Of a DNA stretch of 64,000 nucleotides, positions 49,773 through 61,421 are shown one piece after another. Origin of the DNA: an uncultured delta proteobacterium (GTDB lineage Bacteria > Desulfobacterota > Binatia > UBA9968); the NCBI GenBank assembly GCA_963745035.1, contig CAVUVW010000021.1:224001-288000 (forward strand), read 5' to 3'. Both the position numbers and the translations under genes were made by a program. The notes under the pieces are model-generated. The model did not search any database, was not told the origin of the DNA, and saw only the letters and a list, made by a program, of their open reading frames with translations. Position 1 is the first letter of the stretch; the number at the start of each line of letters is the position of its first letter.

Positions 49773-50795
49773 CTACTTGGAAGGCTTCGATTTCTGGTAC
49801 TTGCGATAGTCGTAGCCGGTCGCCATCGCGAGAAGGATGTCTTCCATCCCGCCGCTCTTTTCCCGGCGTAGAATTAACAGACGATCGTAGAATTCCTTGA
49901 AATCTTTGTAGATGCGCTGGGTGTCGTCGGTGCTGCGAAGATAAAAATCCTTGACCCGGGTCACCGTGAAACGGAGCGCGGAAAAGCGCAGCTCGTTGGG
50001 AAACGAATCCCATTCCGGCAGGGAAAGCGGTCGCAAGCTTTCATATCCAGAGATCAAAGCCTCGAAACGCTCGATGCGATAGCGGTCTTCGATGAAGCAC
50101 AACGCGTTCACGGCCGTGGCGAGATCGTAGATCAATTTGCCACGGCACGCCGCCTCGAAATCCAGCACTCCGGTAAGACGATTGCCCTTGAACTTGACGT
50201 TGTCCGGAAACAGGTCGCCGTGAATGATTCCCTTGGGCAAGTTGTTGTCGAGATAATTCTCGAGATAGGAAAACTCATCGTCCAAGACTCTGACGATATT
50301 TTTTAGATGAGTGGGCAACTGGCGGCGCACCTCGCGGTAGATGGCGACGATGCGGTTGAAGCCAAAGCGATTATCGATGCCCTTTTTGTAGCTGCGACCG
50401 ATCAGATGAAGATTGGCGAGCGCATGGCCCAGAGCGCTCAAATGGGTCGTGTTGATCGCTTCCACCGGCAGTTCGACGCCGTCGAGGTAACGGGTCACGG
50501 TAAGGCACTTGCCTTGGAATTCAATATGGTAGCGGCCGGTCTTGGTTTTGAGAGGTTGCAGGCAAGGAAAGTTTTGCTTGCGCAAATGGAGCAACAAGTC
50601 GATCTCTTGTTTTACCTCAATTTCACTCTTAACTTCGTCAATTTTGAAGAAATATTTTCCACGCTTGGTTTCAACAAGAAAATGCGTATTCACCGATCCG
50701 TTGCGGATTCCGGTAAAAGAGACCAGATCCCCGAGCGTAAACTCATCGACGATCTTGGCGACATCTTTTCTCGAAAGGGTCGTGTAAATGGCCAT
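49773..50795 (-). CDS. thrB: Homoserine kinase, type II (APH fold)
   Basis: MAIYT, GSVNTHF, GIIHGDLFPDNV, LDFE motifs. Confidence 0.85.
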   Translation of the reverse strand: MAIYTTLSRKDVAKIVDEFTLGDLVSFTGIRNGSVNTHFLVETKRGKYFFKIDEVKSEIEVKQEIDLLLHLRKQNFPCLQPLKTKTGRYHIEFQGKCLTVTRYLDGVELPVEAINTTHLSALGHALANLHLIGRSYKKGIDNRFGFNRIVAIYREVRRQLPTHLKNIVRVLDDEFSYLENYLDNNLPKGIIHGDLFPDNVKFKGNRLTGVLDFEAACRGKLIYDLATAVNALCFIEDRYRIERFEALISGYESLRPLSLPEWDSFPNELRFSALRFTVTRVKDFYLRSTDDTQRIYKDFKEFYDRLLILRREKSGGMEDILLAMATGYDYRKYQKSKPSK

Positions 50796-51085
50796 CTTGA
50801 AAGTTGCCGATCCACTCGGTTGGTGCTCAACGGTGACTTGGGTCGAGCGATCAGAAGGAGTGATCTAACTTAGCCACTTGTAACGAAAAATTCGATAAAG
50901 GTCAAGATGTGAAAACATTTCCTGTTTTAATTCAGCTACTTGGAAAATAATAATAATGTTTGAGTTTATATGATTGCGCGCCCAAAACGCTTAATGCCCA
51001 CTAGAAAAGCAAACGAGGTGAACGCCAGTGCCGCGCAAAGAACGATTCATATTCGCACATTCGGCCTCCGTTTTTGCTTTTTTCC

Positions 51086-51115
51086 TTGACAATGGCGGCT
51101 GGCTTTTCCTAATCT
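51086..51115 (+). promoter_or_regulatory. sigma70 promoter of csp
   Basis: TTGACA-18 nt-TAATCT. Confidence 0.5.
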
Positions 51116-51171
51116 CTGCCCGCAATTTAGCAGGGGAGGCGATAGATGATTGGCGTCCAAGGAGGTTGGGA

Positions 51172-51372
51172 ATGGCAGCCGGCAAAGTAAAATGGTTCAA
51201 CAATGCCAAAGGTTACGGCTTCATCGAGAAGGAAGGAGGTGGTGACGTCTTCGTACACTACAGCGCTATCCAAGGTGAAGGTTTTAAGACTTTGAATGAA
51301 GGCGAGAATGTAGAATTCGAAATTGCGCAAGGCGATAAAGGCCCGCAAGCAGTCAACGTTGTAAAGCGCTGA
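51172..51372 (+). CDS. cspA: Cold-shock protein
   Basis: [24 protein letters not shown]; AAGGAGG RBS. Confidence 0.95.
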   Translation: MAAGKVKWFNNAKGYGFIEKEGGGDVFVHYSAIQGEGFKTLNEGENVEFEIAQGDKGPQAVNVVKR

Positions 51373-51583
51373 ATCGAAAAATGGTTCGCGGCGGGCGCAG
51401 GGCTACATTGCTATTTTTTTCACTCGTAGGCCGAGTTCCTGGCGTTTGCGAAACACTTTCCCTGGCGGATCATCGCTGCGCTGCGCCACTCGCGGCGCGG
51501 CTTGAGCATTGCCGCGCTTCCGTTTTCAATCGGTCCGTGGCTTCCTGGTGGCAATATCCTCGATAAGTGATACATAGATTAAC

Positions 51584-52084
51584 ATGGAGCCAACGTTACA
51601 ATCGCGCTTCGGACAAGACAAGCTGCTTGCCGAAACCGTGGTATTGACCCGCCTCGATAAGGCGGTCGGTTGGGCGCGCAAATATTCGCTGTTCCCGTAT
51701 CCCTTCGCCACCGCCTGTTGCGCGATGGAATATATGTCGCTGTCGATGTCGCCTTACGATATCGACCGCTTCGGCGCGCTGCTTCCCCGGTTCAGCCCGA
51801 GGCAAGCCGATCTTTTGATGGTGATCGGAACGGTCAATCACAAGCTATCGCCGGTGCTCAAGCGGGTCTATGAACAGATGTCGGAGCCCAAATGGGTGAT
51901 GGCCTTCGGCGCCTGCGCCGCGAGCGGTGGTTTCTACGATAACTATGCCACTGTGCAAGGCATCGATCGGATCATTCCGGTTGACGTCTATGTGCCGGGC
52001 TGCCCGCCCAGACCCGAGGCCGTCCTCGATGGTTTAATGGAGTTGCAAGGTCGCATCGCTGCGCAAAAGCACCCTCTCGGCTAG
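51584..52084 (+). CDS. nuoB: NADH-quinone oxidoreductase subunit B
   Basis: TACCAME, SPRQADL, GACA.SGG, PGCPPRPE. Confidence 0.92.
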   Translation: MEPTLQSRFGQDKLLAETVVLTRLDKAVGWARKYSLFPYPFATACCAMEYMSLSMSPYDIDRFGALLPRFSPRQADLLMVIGTVNHKLSPVLKRVYEQMSEPKWVMAFGACAASGGFYDNYATVQGIDRIIPVDVYVPGCPPRPEAVLDGLMELQGRIAAQKHPLG

Positions 52085-52148
52085 CCGCGCGCTTGATCGC
52101 CTTCGGCGCCGCCCGGCTGGCGGGAGCGCCGCGTGGATGTTTATTCAC

Positions 52149-52436
52149 ATGGCCTCGGACGAAAAAGACCCGCTCGCTTCGCCGCGCGGCGATTTCTATC
52201 ATCAGGGGGTCGTCACCAAGCTGTTTCCTTCCAACAACACGGGCGTGGTGCGCACGGAAAGCGGCCGCGAACTGACATTTTCCTACGACCTGGTGATCCT
52301 TTCTGGTGAGGCGAAATCTCCGCTCGAGCTTAAAGTCGGCGAAACCGTCGGATACGATCTGGGATGGACCTCGAACGGACTGCGCATCACGAAGCTAAAA
52401 ACCTACCCTAAGAAGCCGGAGCCGAAATCCCCATAA
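52149..52436 (+). CDS. Small OB-fold/CSD-like protein
   Basis: GVVTKLF...GVV...F...LKVGETV.Y pattern resembles cold-shock domains. Confidence 0.6.
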   Translation: MASDEKDPLASPRGDFYHQGVVTKLFPSNNTGVVRTESGRELTFSYDLVILSGEAKSPLELKVGETVGYDLGWTSNGLRITKLKTYPKKPEPKSP

Positions 52437-52437
52437 G

Positions 52438-53268
52438 CTAAAAAGGCAAAGCCGTGAGCGCGAGGATCTGGCGTCCGAGAATCTCTCCGACGAAGACTCC
52501 CAGCAGCGCGATATAGAACAAGCCCGTAGCCGCCATCGTGTGCGGGATGAGCAAAGTTCGCCAGATCATCCAGGAGAGTATCAGCGGAGCGCCTTGGCCG
52601 ACGATCACCCGGGTAACAACGAGCGTCGAGTGGCGCGCCCAGAGCTGCTCCAGCGCCGCAGCGCTCGGCGGCGCGCCCAGCAAATAAAGGGCGAGGGGCG
52701 CGATCAGGAAAAAAACGCCCTGGACGATCAGCGCGATCACGAAAAATCGAAAAATTCGGACGAACGGCTCCAGGCTCTGCCCGGTGTCGATCAAATACCA
52801 GTGGCCGATCAGCATGCCGACCGTGACGCTGCCGAGCAGCAGCGAGGAGAGAAAGAAAGTTGTCGGATAGACGAGGGTCTCGATGGAAAGAAGCGGCGCT
52901 TCGTAGAAGCCGTGAGCGCTGAAAACGAGACCGGCCAAGCCGGTCAAAACACTCGCCGCGAAGCTACGCGCGCGGAACACCTGCCGCTCGCTCCACAAAG
53001 AAATCATGTAGCACGAGAAAGCGAGCAGGAACGCCACATGGAAGAAAACCTCGAGAACGATTCCCCACGTCACGCCGCCGGCGAAGCTTTGCAAATAAAG
53101 CGCGCTTTTGCCCCACAAGCCGAGCAGCGCGATGACATAAAGGACGCCGGCCGTGGATTTGTAAAATCCCCGTTCGATCTCGTGAAACGGTGTGCCGGCC
53201 AAAGCGAAAAGGCCGCCCAAGGCGATTTGATAAAAGAAGATAAGAAAACTGCTCGAGAAGCCGCGCAT
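52438..53268 (-). CDS. Multi-TM membrane protein (DmsC/NrfD-like anchor?)
   Basis: About 8 TM segments; MLIGHWYL, ATGLFY..GEI motifs. Confidence 0.65.
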   Translation of the reverse strand: MRGFSSSFLIFFYQIALGGLFALAGTPFHEIERGFYKSTAGVLYVIALLGLWGKSALYLQSFAGGVTWGIVLEVFFHVAFLLAFSCYMISLWSERQVFRARSFAASVLTGLAGLVFSAHGFYEAPLLSIETLVYPTTFFLSSLLLGSVTVGMLIGHWYLIDTGQSLEPFVRIFRFFVIALIVQGVFFLIAPLALYLLGAPPSAAALEQLWARHSTLVVTRVIVGQGAPLILSWMIWRTLLIPHTMAATGLFYIALLGVFVGEILGRQILALTALPF

Positions 53269-53273
53269 GAAGA

Positions 53274-54005
53274 TCAGACCTGCCCCGATCCGCGCTTGCG
53301 GGCGATATGGATGCACACCGCGCCGCCCAGATATTTTTGCACGGTCACATCTTCGAAACCGGTCTGCCGGATCAGCTCGGCGACTTTCTCCGGAGGATGA
53401 AATCGACGCACGGAATCGGACAGGTAGCGATAGGCCTGACGGTCCTGCGCGAGCAAGCCACCGATGCGCGGCATCAAGCAATGAAAATAGACCGAATAGA
53501 GGGCGGAGAACCACGTCGCGGGCGGCGGGAACATATCGAGTGAAACGAACCTGCCGCCGGGCTTCAGCACGCGATGGGCCTCGGCGAAAAAGAGCGACAA
53601 GTCGGAAACATTGCGCAGCACGAACGCGCTCATGGCGCCGTCGAAAGCGTTGCTTTTGAACGGCGCGATCATGGCGTTTGCCAAAATAAACTCGGTGTTG
53701 CCGCGCAGCGCCGATCGGCTCCGCTTGGCGCGCGCCAAACGGAGCATCGCCGGCGCGAAATCCAAGCCGATAAATCGGCCCCGGCCGCGCGCCGCCTCCG
53801 CGGCCTCGAAAACCAAATCGCCGGTGCCGGTGCCGAGGTCGAGCACGCGAGAGCCGGCGCCGGCAAGCGCCGCTTCAATCACTCGCCGTCGCCAGCGGCG
53901 ATCGAGGCGAAAGCTGATGACGCGGTTGAGCAAGTCATAGCGACCGGCGATCCGGTCGAACATGGTCTGCACGATACGATCGCGCGAAGGATTTTCACCG
54001 GACAT
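53274..54005 (-). CDS. ubiE: UbiE/MenG quinone methyltransferase
   Basis: MFDRIA.RYDLLN, LDLGTGTGD, LRNV, YRYLSDS. Confidence 0.88.
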   Translation of the reverse strand: MSGENPSRDRIVQTMFDRIAGRYDLLNRVISFRLDRRWRRRVIEAALAGAGSRVLDLGTGTGDLVFEAAEAARGRGRFIGLDFAPAMLRLARAKRSRSALRGNTEFILANAMIAPFKSNAFDGAMSAFVLRNVSDLSLFFAEAHRVLKPGGRFVSLDMFPPPATWFSALYSVYFHCLMPRIGGLLAQDRQAYRYLSDSVRRFHPPEKVAELIRQTGFEDVTVQKYLGGAVCIHIARKRGSGQV

Positions 54006-54043
54006 GCGGAGAAGCGAGCTCACAGAACGAGGTGAGCGAGGAG

Positions 54044-55090
54044 TTAAAAATCCCGGTCGATGATGAGCTGGACTAGACTCTTTAAACCGTTGCGGTATTT
54101 CGACGCGGGAAGCTTTTTCACCGACGCCAGCGCCACTTCGGCGTAGCGCTTCGAGAGCGCTTTGGCTTCTTGAATGGCGGCGCTGCTCTTGATGGCGGCG
54201 AGCGCCGCCACGATCTGTTGCTCGCTGGGTTTGCTGCAATCGAAAGCTTCGCGCACGGCGCCGTCGCCATTCTTCACCGCGAGGATGATCGGCAACGCCG
54301 GGTTGCCGTCGCGCAGGTCCATGCCGGTGGGCTTGCCGAGAAGATCGGGGTGGCCGACCACGTCGAGAATATCGTCGACCATTTGAAAGGCGATCCCCAT
54401 GTTAAGCCCGTAGCGCTCGGTCTCGTCGATGAGAGCGGGACGGGCGCCCGCCAGGTAGGCGCCGACTTTCGCGCCGGTGTGAAACAGCGAGGCGGTCTTG
54501 CGCTTGACGATTTCCAGGTAGTCGTCGAGAGTGACCGCGCGGTTTCGATTGAACAGCCCCTGCAAGATTTCCCCTTCCGTTAGCAAAGTGCAGGCGTCCG
54601 CGGTCCACTGAACCACGGCCTCGTCGAACTTTCCGGCGAACTCGAAGGCTTTGATGAAAAGAAAATCTCCCGCCACCAAGGTCGATTTGAGGCCGAATTT
54701 CTTGTAGGCCGACTCTTTGCCGCGGCGCGTATCCGCGCCGTCGATGATGTCGTCGTGCAGCAGTGTCGCAGTGTGAATGAGCTCGATGGCGGTGGCGATA
54801 TCGACGATGTCCTGAACACGCTTGCCGCCGAACGCGCGATACGCGAGCAGGGTCACCATCGGCCGCACGCGCTTGCCGCCGCTGTGGACCAGATGGGCGG
54901 AGATGTCAGTCAAATCGCGCTCGCGCGAGCGAATCGCGCGAATGAGGTTTTCTTCGACGAGCTTGAGCTCCTCGGCGACGCAGCCGAAGGGATCGTCGGC
55001 ACCGCGCAGCAGAGCGATGTCGGGAGGGGTGGGCACAACCTTGCGATCGCTCTCAAGCTTCTGAGTTTTGGGTTCGTGAATCAGAGACAC
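54044..55090 (-). CDS. Polyprenyl diphosphate synthase (IspB/HepT)
   Basis: GGKRVRP, LHDDIID..RRG, FQMVDDILD motifs. Confidence 0.92.
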   Translation of the reverse strand: MSLIHEPKTQKLESDRKVVPTPPDIALLRGADDPFGCVAEELKLVEENLIRAIRSRERDLTDISAHLVHSGGKRVRPMVTLLAYRAFGGKRVQDIVDIATAIELIHTATLLHDDIIDGADTRRGKESAYKKFGLKSTLVAGDFLFIKAFEFAGKFDEAVVQWTADACTLLTEGEILQGLFNRNRAVTLDDYLEIVKRKTASLFHTGAKVGAYLAGARPALIDETERYGLNMGIAFQMVDDILDVVGHPDLLGKPTGMDLRDGNPALPIILAVKNGDGAVREAFDCSKPSEQQIVAALAAIKSSAAIQEAKALSKRYAEVALASVKKLPASKYRNGLKSLVQLIIDRDF

Positions 55091-55370
55091 TCCGCGCGCC
55101 GGCCAAGAAGCTAGCAGGAAAATGGCATAGATCCCAAGCCCGGTCAAGCCAACTTTGCGCTACAACTTTTGTGCGATCGCCGCGTCGTTCACCCATGCGC
55201 CGGCATTGTGCGCGCGCGCCGGGCAAGAGCGAGAAACGTGCGCTCCACGGCGACAAAGCGGCGGTTTTTTCTTGACAAAATCGCGCGTCCCCGAATATAA
55301 AACAGCTATCAACTTGGGGTTTGTTCCTTTGATGTAAGTCAAATGGAGCGGAAGAAGGAGGGGAGAGCTC

Positions 55371-56066
55371 ATGGAGTTTACGTTGTTCGTCTTGCGCTGG
55401 ATTCATTTTCTCGCCGGAATCACGTGGATCGGGATTCTCTATTACTTCAATTTCGTGCAGACGCCCTTTTTCGCGGAAACCGAACCGGCCGTGAGGACCG
55501 GCGCGGTGCAAAAGCTTTTGCCGCGCGCTTTGTGGTGGTTTCGTTGGGGCGCGATGATCACGGTCATCGCGGGTCTCCTGATCTACATCATGCGCATGAG
55601 TGAAATGGGCACCGGGCTCTTTTATTCGTCGCCGTACGGCGTGACGATTACCGTGGGTGGTTTGATGGGTATCGTCATGTTTCTCAACGTCTGGCTGGTG
55701 ATCTGGCCCAATCAGCAGATCGTGATCGCTTCCACCAATCAGGTCGCATCCGGCGGCCAGGCGCTGCCGGCCGCGGCCGGCGCGGCCAGGCGCGGCGCGC
55801 TCACATCGAGAACCAATACCGTTTTCTCGATCCCGATGTTGTTTTACATGGGCGCCGCCAGCCATTATCCGTCCATGGTCGGCCAGGCGCCTTCGCGCGC
55901 ATTTTATTGGATTCTCGTCTTCATCATCATCGGCGCCGTTGAAGCGAATTGTCTTTACGGCACTCAAGGTCCGACCAAGCAGCCGCTGGATTCGATCAAA
56001 GGCGCGTTGTGGTTCGGCTTCCTGCTCACCGGTATCTTTTTTCTGTTGACGCTCGCGCTCACTTGA
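55371..56066 (+). CDS. PuuD-like (urate oxidase N-terminal) membrane protein lacking a fused cytochrome c
   Basis: RWIHFLAGITWIG.LYYFN, MFLNVW.VIWPNQ, SRTNT motifs. Confidence 0.8.
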   Translation: MEFTLFVLRWIHFLAGITWIGILYYFNFVQTPFFAETEPAVRTGAVQKLLPRALWWFRWGAMITVIAGLLIYIMRMSEMGTGLFYSSPYGVTITVGGLMGIVMFLNVWLVIWPNQQIVIASTNQVASGGQALPAAAGAARRGALTSRTNTVFSIPMLFYMGAASHYPSMVGQAPSRAFYWILVFIIIGAVEANCLYGTQGPTKQPLDSIKGALWFGFLLTGIFFLLTLALT

Positions 56067-56079
56067 GCGCGAGCGCCAG

Positions 56080-56418
56080 TTAACGAAGATACGCTGCCAG
56101 ATAAGGGATCTCTTCCTTTAGAAACGGGAACTGCGGCATGACTTGGGTGGGCCGCTTGGGTTTATAACCCTCAGGGTAAGAAGTAGTCAAAACTCTCGCT
56201 TCGAGCAGTTCTCTCGAAGAACCTTGAATTGCGGGCCCTATAGGGCCCTCTCTCGATGGGTCGCTGTTGTGGCAAGCGACGCAGTTTGCAACATAATTCG
56301 CTCTGCCACGCTGCCAGTCCGCAGATTTTGCAGTTTCGCCTTGATCCGAGTCCCTCGAGCATCCGCTCGCGACCGCTGCCAACAGAGCCGTCGTAAAAAG
56401 CAGCTGCGAGATTTTCAT
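56080..56418 (-). CDS. Lipoprotein monoheme cytochrome c
   Basis: ASGC lipobox, CVACH, distal MP. Confidence 0.85.
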   Translation of the reverse strand: MKISQLLFTTALLAAVASGCSRDSDQGETAKSADWQRGRANYVANCVACHNSDPSREGPIGPAIQGSSRELLEARVLTTSYPEGYKPKRPTQVMPQFPFLKEEIPYLAAYLR

Positions 56419-56623
56419 AATTTACACCTCGATCAGCATTTGGATCGCCGGTCATCTCGGCGGTAGCCGGTCGGCCGGTTTTCGCTCGGGTTTCGAGAAT
56501 CTGTAAGCGTCTCTCGCCACCGAACCACAGTCTAACGGCGGAGCGCCGGATCCGCTTAAAAACCGCGGGAAATAGGCTATGGGAGGTTAGAGAAAATCGA
56601 ATTTGTATGTTACGTAATATGCT

Positions 56624-56679
56624 TGGTGCGAAAGAGGGGGAGTCGAACCCCTACGGGAGTTACCCCACAGGATCCTGAA
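56624..56679 (-). repeat. Duplicated 3' part of tRNA-Leu (att site)
   Basis: Matches 57983..58037 up to the anticodon loop, with one extra G. Confidence 0.92.
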
Positions 56680-56788
56680 AATTGCTTTATGATCCTTCCT
56701 CGCGAAATCATGTGATTTTTATTATAAGTTTTTCGCGAAATCAAACCGCGTTGTTCACCTTATGTTCACCTAGCACCGCGAGGTTTCG

Positions 56789-57402
56789 ATGGCCGAAGAG
56801 AAAAAAGACGGCCCACTGAAGGGTTTGATTTTCGGTGTCGATCTTGACGGGGTTTGCGCCGACTTCTATGGTCGTATGCGAGAGGTAACGGCCGAGTGGT
56901 TTGAGAAAAACGTTGACGACCTTCCGAAAGACGTTAGGTATGGCCTCCCTGAATGGGAGTGAAGGACCTCGATCAGTACCTTAGCATCCATCGCTTCGCT
57001 GTAACGCAGCGCGAGCTTTTCAAAACATCTCAGCTGATTCCGGGAGCGCGCCGAGTCTTGCGATTGCTCTCTGATGAAGAGGCGCGGATCAGGATTGTGA
57101 CGCACCGCCTTTTCATTCACTTTTTTCACAGTCTCGCTGTTGCTCAAACGGTCGAGTGGCTCGACCACCATGGAATCCCATACTGGGACCTTTGTTTCAT
57201 GAAGGCCAAGGAGCAGGTCGGAGCTCATATCTACGTTGATGATGCTCCCGAGAACATCAAAAACGTACGGTCAAAGAATTTTTACACAATTTGCTTCGCT
57301 AACAGTACCAACAAAACCGTGGACGAGCGACGGGCAACTTCTTGGGACCACGTCTACGAGTTGGTGCACGAATGGTGGGCAAAGAATAAACCTGCGGACT
57401 AG
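56789..57402 (+). CDS. 5'(3')-deoxyribonucleotidase (NT5C, HAD family); -1 frameshift near 56955
   Basis: [29 protein letters not shown]; adding one G to gaatgggagtg joins the frames. Confidence 0.8.
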
Positions 57403-57445
57403 CCTCCTTATCCTCCATAGTCTAAGGTTTAAAAGCGATGCCAAG

Positions 57446-57475
57446 TTGACATGCGACCCTGAGTTTTGGGATTAT
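57446..57475 (+). promoter_or_regulatory. sigma70-type promoter, probably leaderless
   Basis: TTGACA-18 nt-GATTAT with extended -10 TG; ATG 9 nt downstream; no SD. Confidence 0.5.
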
Positions 57476-57484
57476 CGCCCCGTC

Positions 57485-57796
57485 ATGAAATTCCGTGAGC
57501 ATCCGCTAATGATCCGCAAAAGCGGTATGCCGACATGGCCGCCAGTCTGGACAACGGTACACCGGGACGTTAACGACAGGCCAAACGGAGAAATCGGGAC
57601 TCTTGAAAGTGCGATGATGCACGACCTCTTCGATAGGAAAATTTTCATGTTCATCCGTCATGATGGCAACCGATTCATGGGCTCAATGCACTTCGATGAC
57701 GCCCAGTTCTGTGGCCAGGTTTTTATAATCTTACAGTTCAATATTGGCCGGTCAATAAAAGAAATCGGCGATTTGGACTTAACGCACCTGCTTTAA
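57485..57796 (+). CDS. Uncharacterised 103-aa WPPVW-family protein
   Basis: MKFREHPLMIRKSGMPTWPPVW...EIGDLDLTHLL; paralog of 46315..46626. Confidence 0.85.
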   Translation: MKFREHPLMIRKSGMPTWPPVWTTVHRDVNDRPNGEIGTLESAMMHDLFDRKIFMFIRHDGNRFMGSMHFDDAQFCGQVFIILQFNIGRSIKEIGDLDLTHLL

Positions 57797-57982
57797 CTGC
57801 CCTGGTTTTTTAGCTCTTATACAGCCCTCACAGGGTGCCTGATTTCGCCTATCTTTTTTGATAAAGTAGCGTGAACACGATATGTTCACGTGAACAGGGA
57901 TTCTGAAGTCCTGTTCACCTTATGTTCACGTTGACGGTTCGAAATCTGATGAGGAATGTGCGAAAAGGAGCTGTAAAAGGAG

Positions 57983-58069
57983 TGGTGCGAAAGAGGGGAG
58001 TCGAACCCCTACGGGAGTTACCCCACAGGATCCTGAATCCTGCGCGTCTACCAATTCCGCCACTTTCGC
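57983..58069 (-). tRNA. tRNA-Leu (CAG)
   Basis: GCGAAAGTGGCGGAATTGGTAGACGCGCAGGATTCAGGATCCTGTGGGGTAACTCCCGTAGGGGTTCGACTCCCCTCTTTCGCACCA; 87 nt, long variable arm. Confidence 0.95.
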
Positions 58070-58149
58070 GCGGCAGCTCAACATCGATCGTGAACTTTAT
58101 CTAACTTGAGGTCGCGACCTTGTCAAGCAACGAGCGCAGATGACGCATC

Positions 58150-58665
58150 ATGAGCAAGATACTCGTCGTTCAGCCTTACAAAATGCTTCAGCACGCCTTG
58201 GTCATCGCGCTCTTTCCCGAGCATCAGGTGAAAATCGTCGAAAAACAGCCAACGGACTGGGCGGCGGAGGATGCCGATCTCGCGATCATCGATGCGGTGG
58301 CGCTGCGCGGCAAAACTTCCACGACTGCGAATGAGCTTCGCGCGCTGGAAAATGGGCGGCTGCCGATCCTCTGGATCGACACCGAGACGAACGCCGGCGA
58401 CGCGCCGTCAAAGCTCGCCCGGCTCACGCCGCCGTTCACAAAGGAAGAGTTAAGGACGGCTGTGGCGGAGCTGCTTCGGCCAGAAGCGCCGCCGACTGGA
58501 GCGAGTGGTGGCCAAGCGCATTCCCCGGCGTCGCATGGGGCAATCGCCGCGATGGCCGGGGCTGACAAAGTTGGCGGCGAGAAGAATATTATCGAGCTCG
58601 TCGACGTATTCGACGAAGCTGCGGAGCGCGGCGGCGAGGGCGGGGCAGCGAGCCGCAGAGACTGA
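58150..58665 (+). CDS. Degenerate receiver-domain-like protein
   Basis: SKILVV, ADLAIID, LTPPFTKEEL; low-complexity tail. Confidence 0.6.
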   Translation: MSKILVVQPYKMLQHALVIALFPEHQVKIVEKQPTDWAAEDADLAIIDAVALRGKTSTTANELRALENGRLPILWIDTETNAGDAPSKLARLTPPFTKEELRTAVAELLRPEAPPTGASGGQAHSPASHGAIAAMAGADKVGGEKNIIELVDVFDEAAERGGEGGAASRRD

Positions 58666-58667
58666 AT

Positions 58668-61418
<2,751 letters not shown>

Positions 61419-61421
61419 GCG

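Larger units (their letters stand above)
56624..58037. mobile_element. Integrase-less mini-island (about 1.3 kb) integrated at tRNA-Leu
   Basis: att repeats; TGTTCACCTTATGTTCAC at 56752 and 57912; AT-richer than flanks; two cargo genes. Confidence 0.85.

Noticed and set aside
56459-56470. GGCGGTAG as an RfaH ops site
   Set aside because: Lacks the downstream TG, is not ahead of a long operon, and such an 8-mer is expected by chance at this GC content
56624-56679. Second tRNA-Leu gene
   Set aside because: The copy stops at the anticodon loop; it is an att duplication
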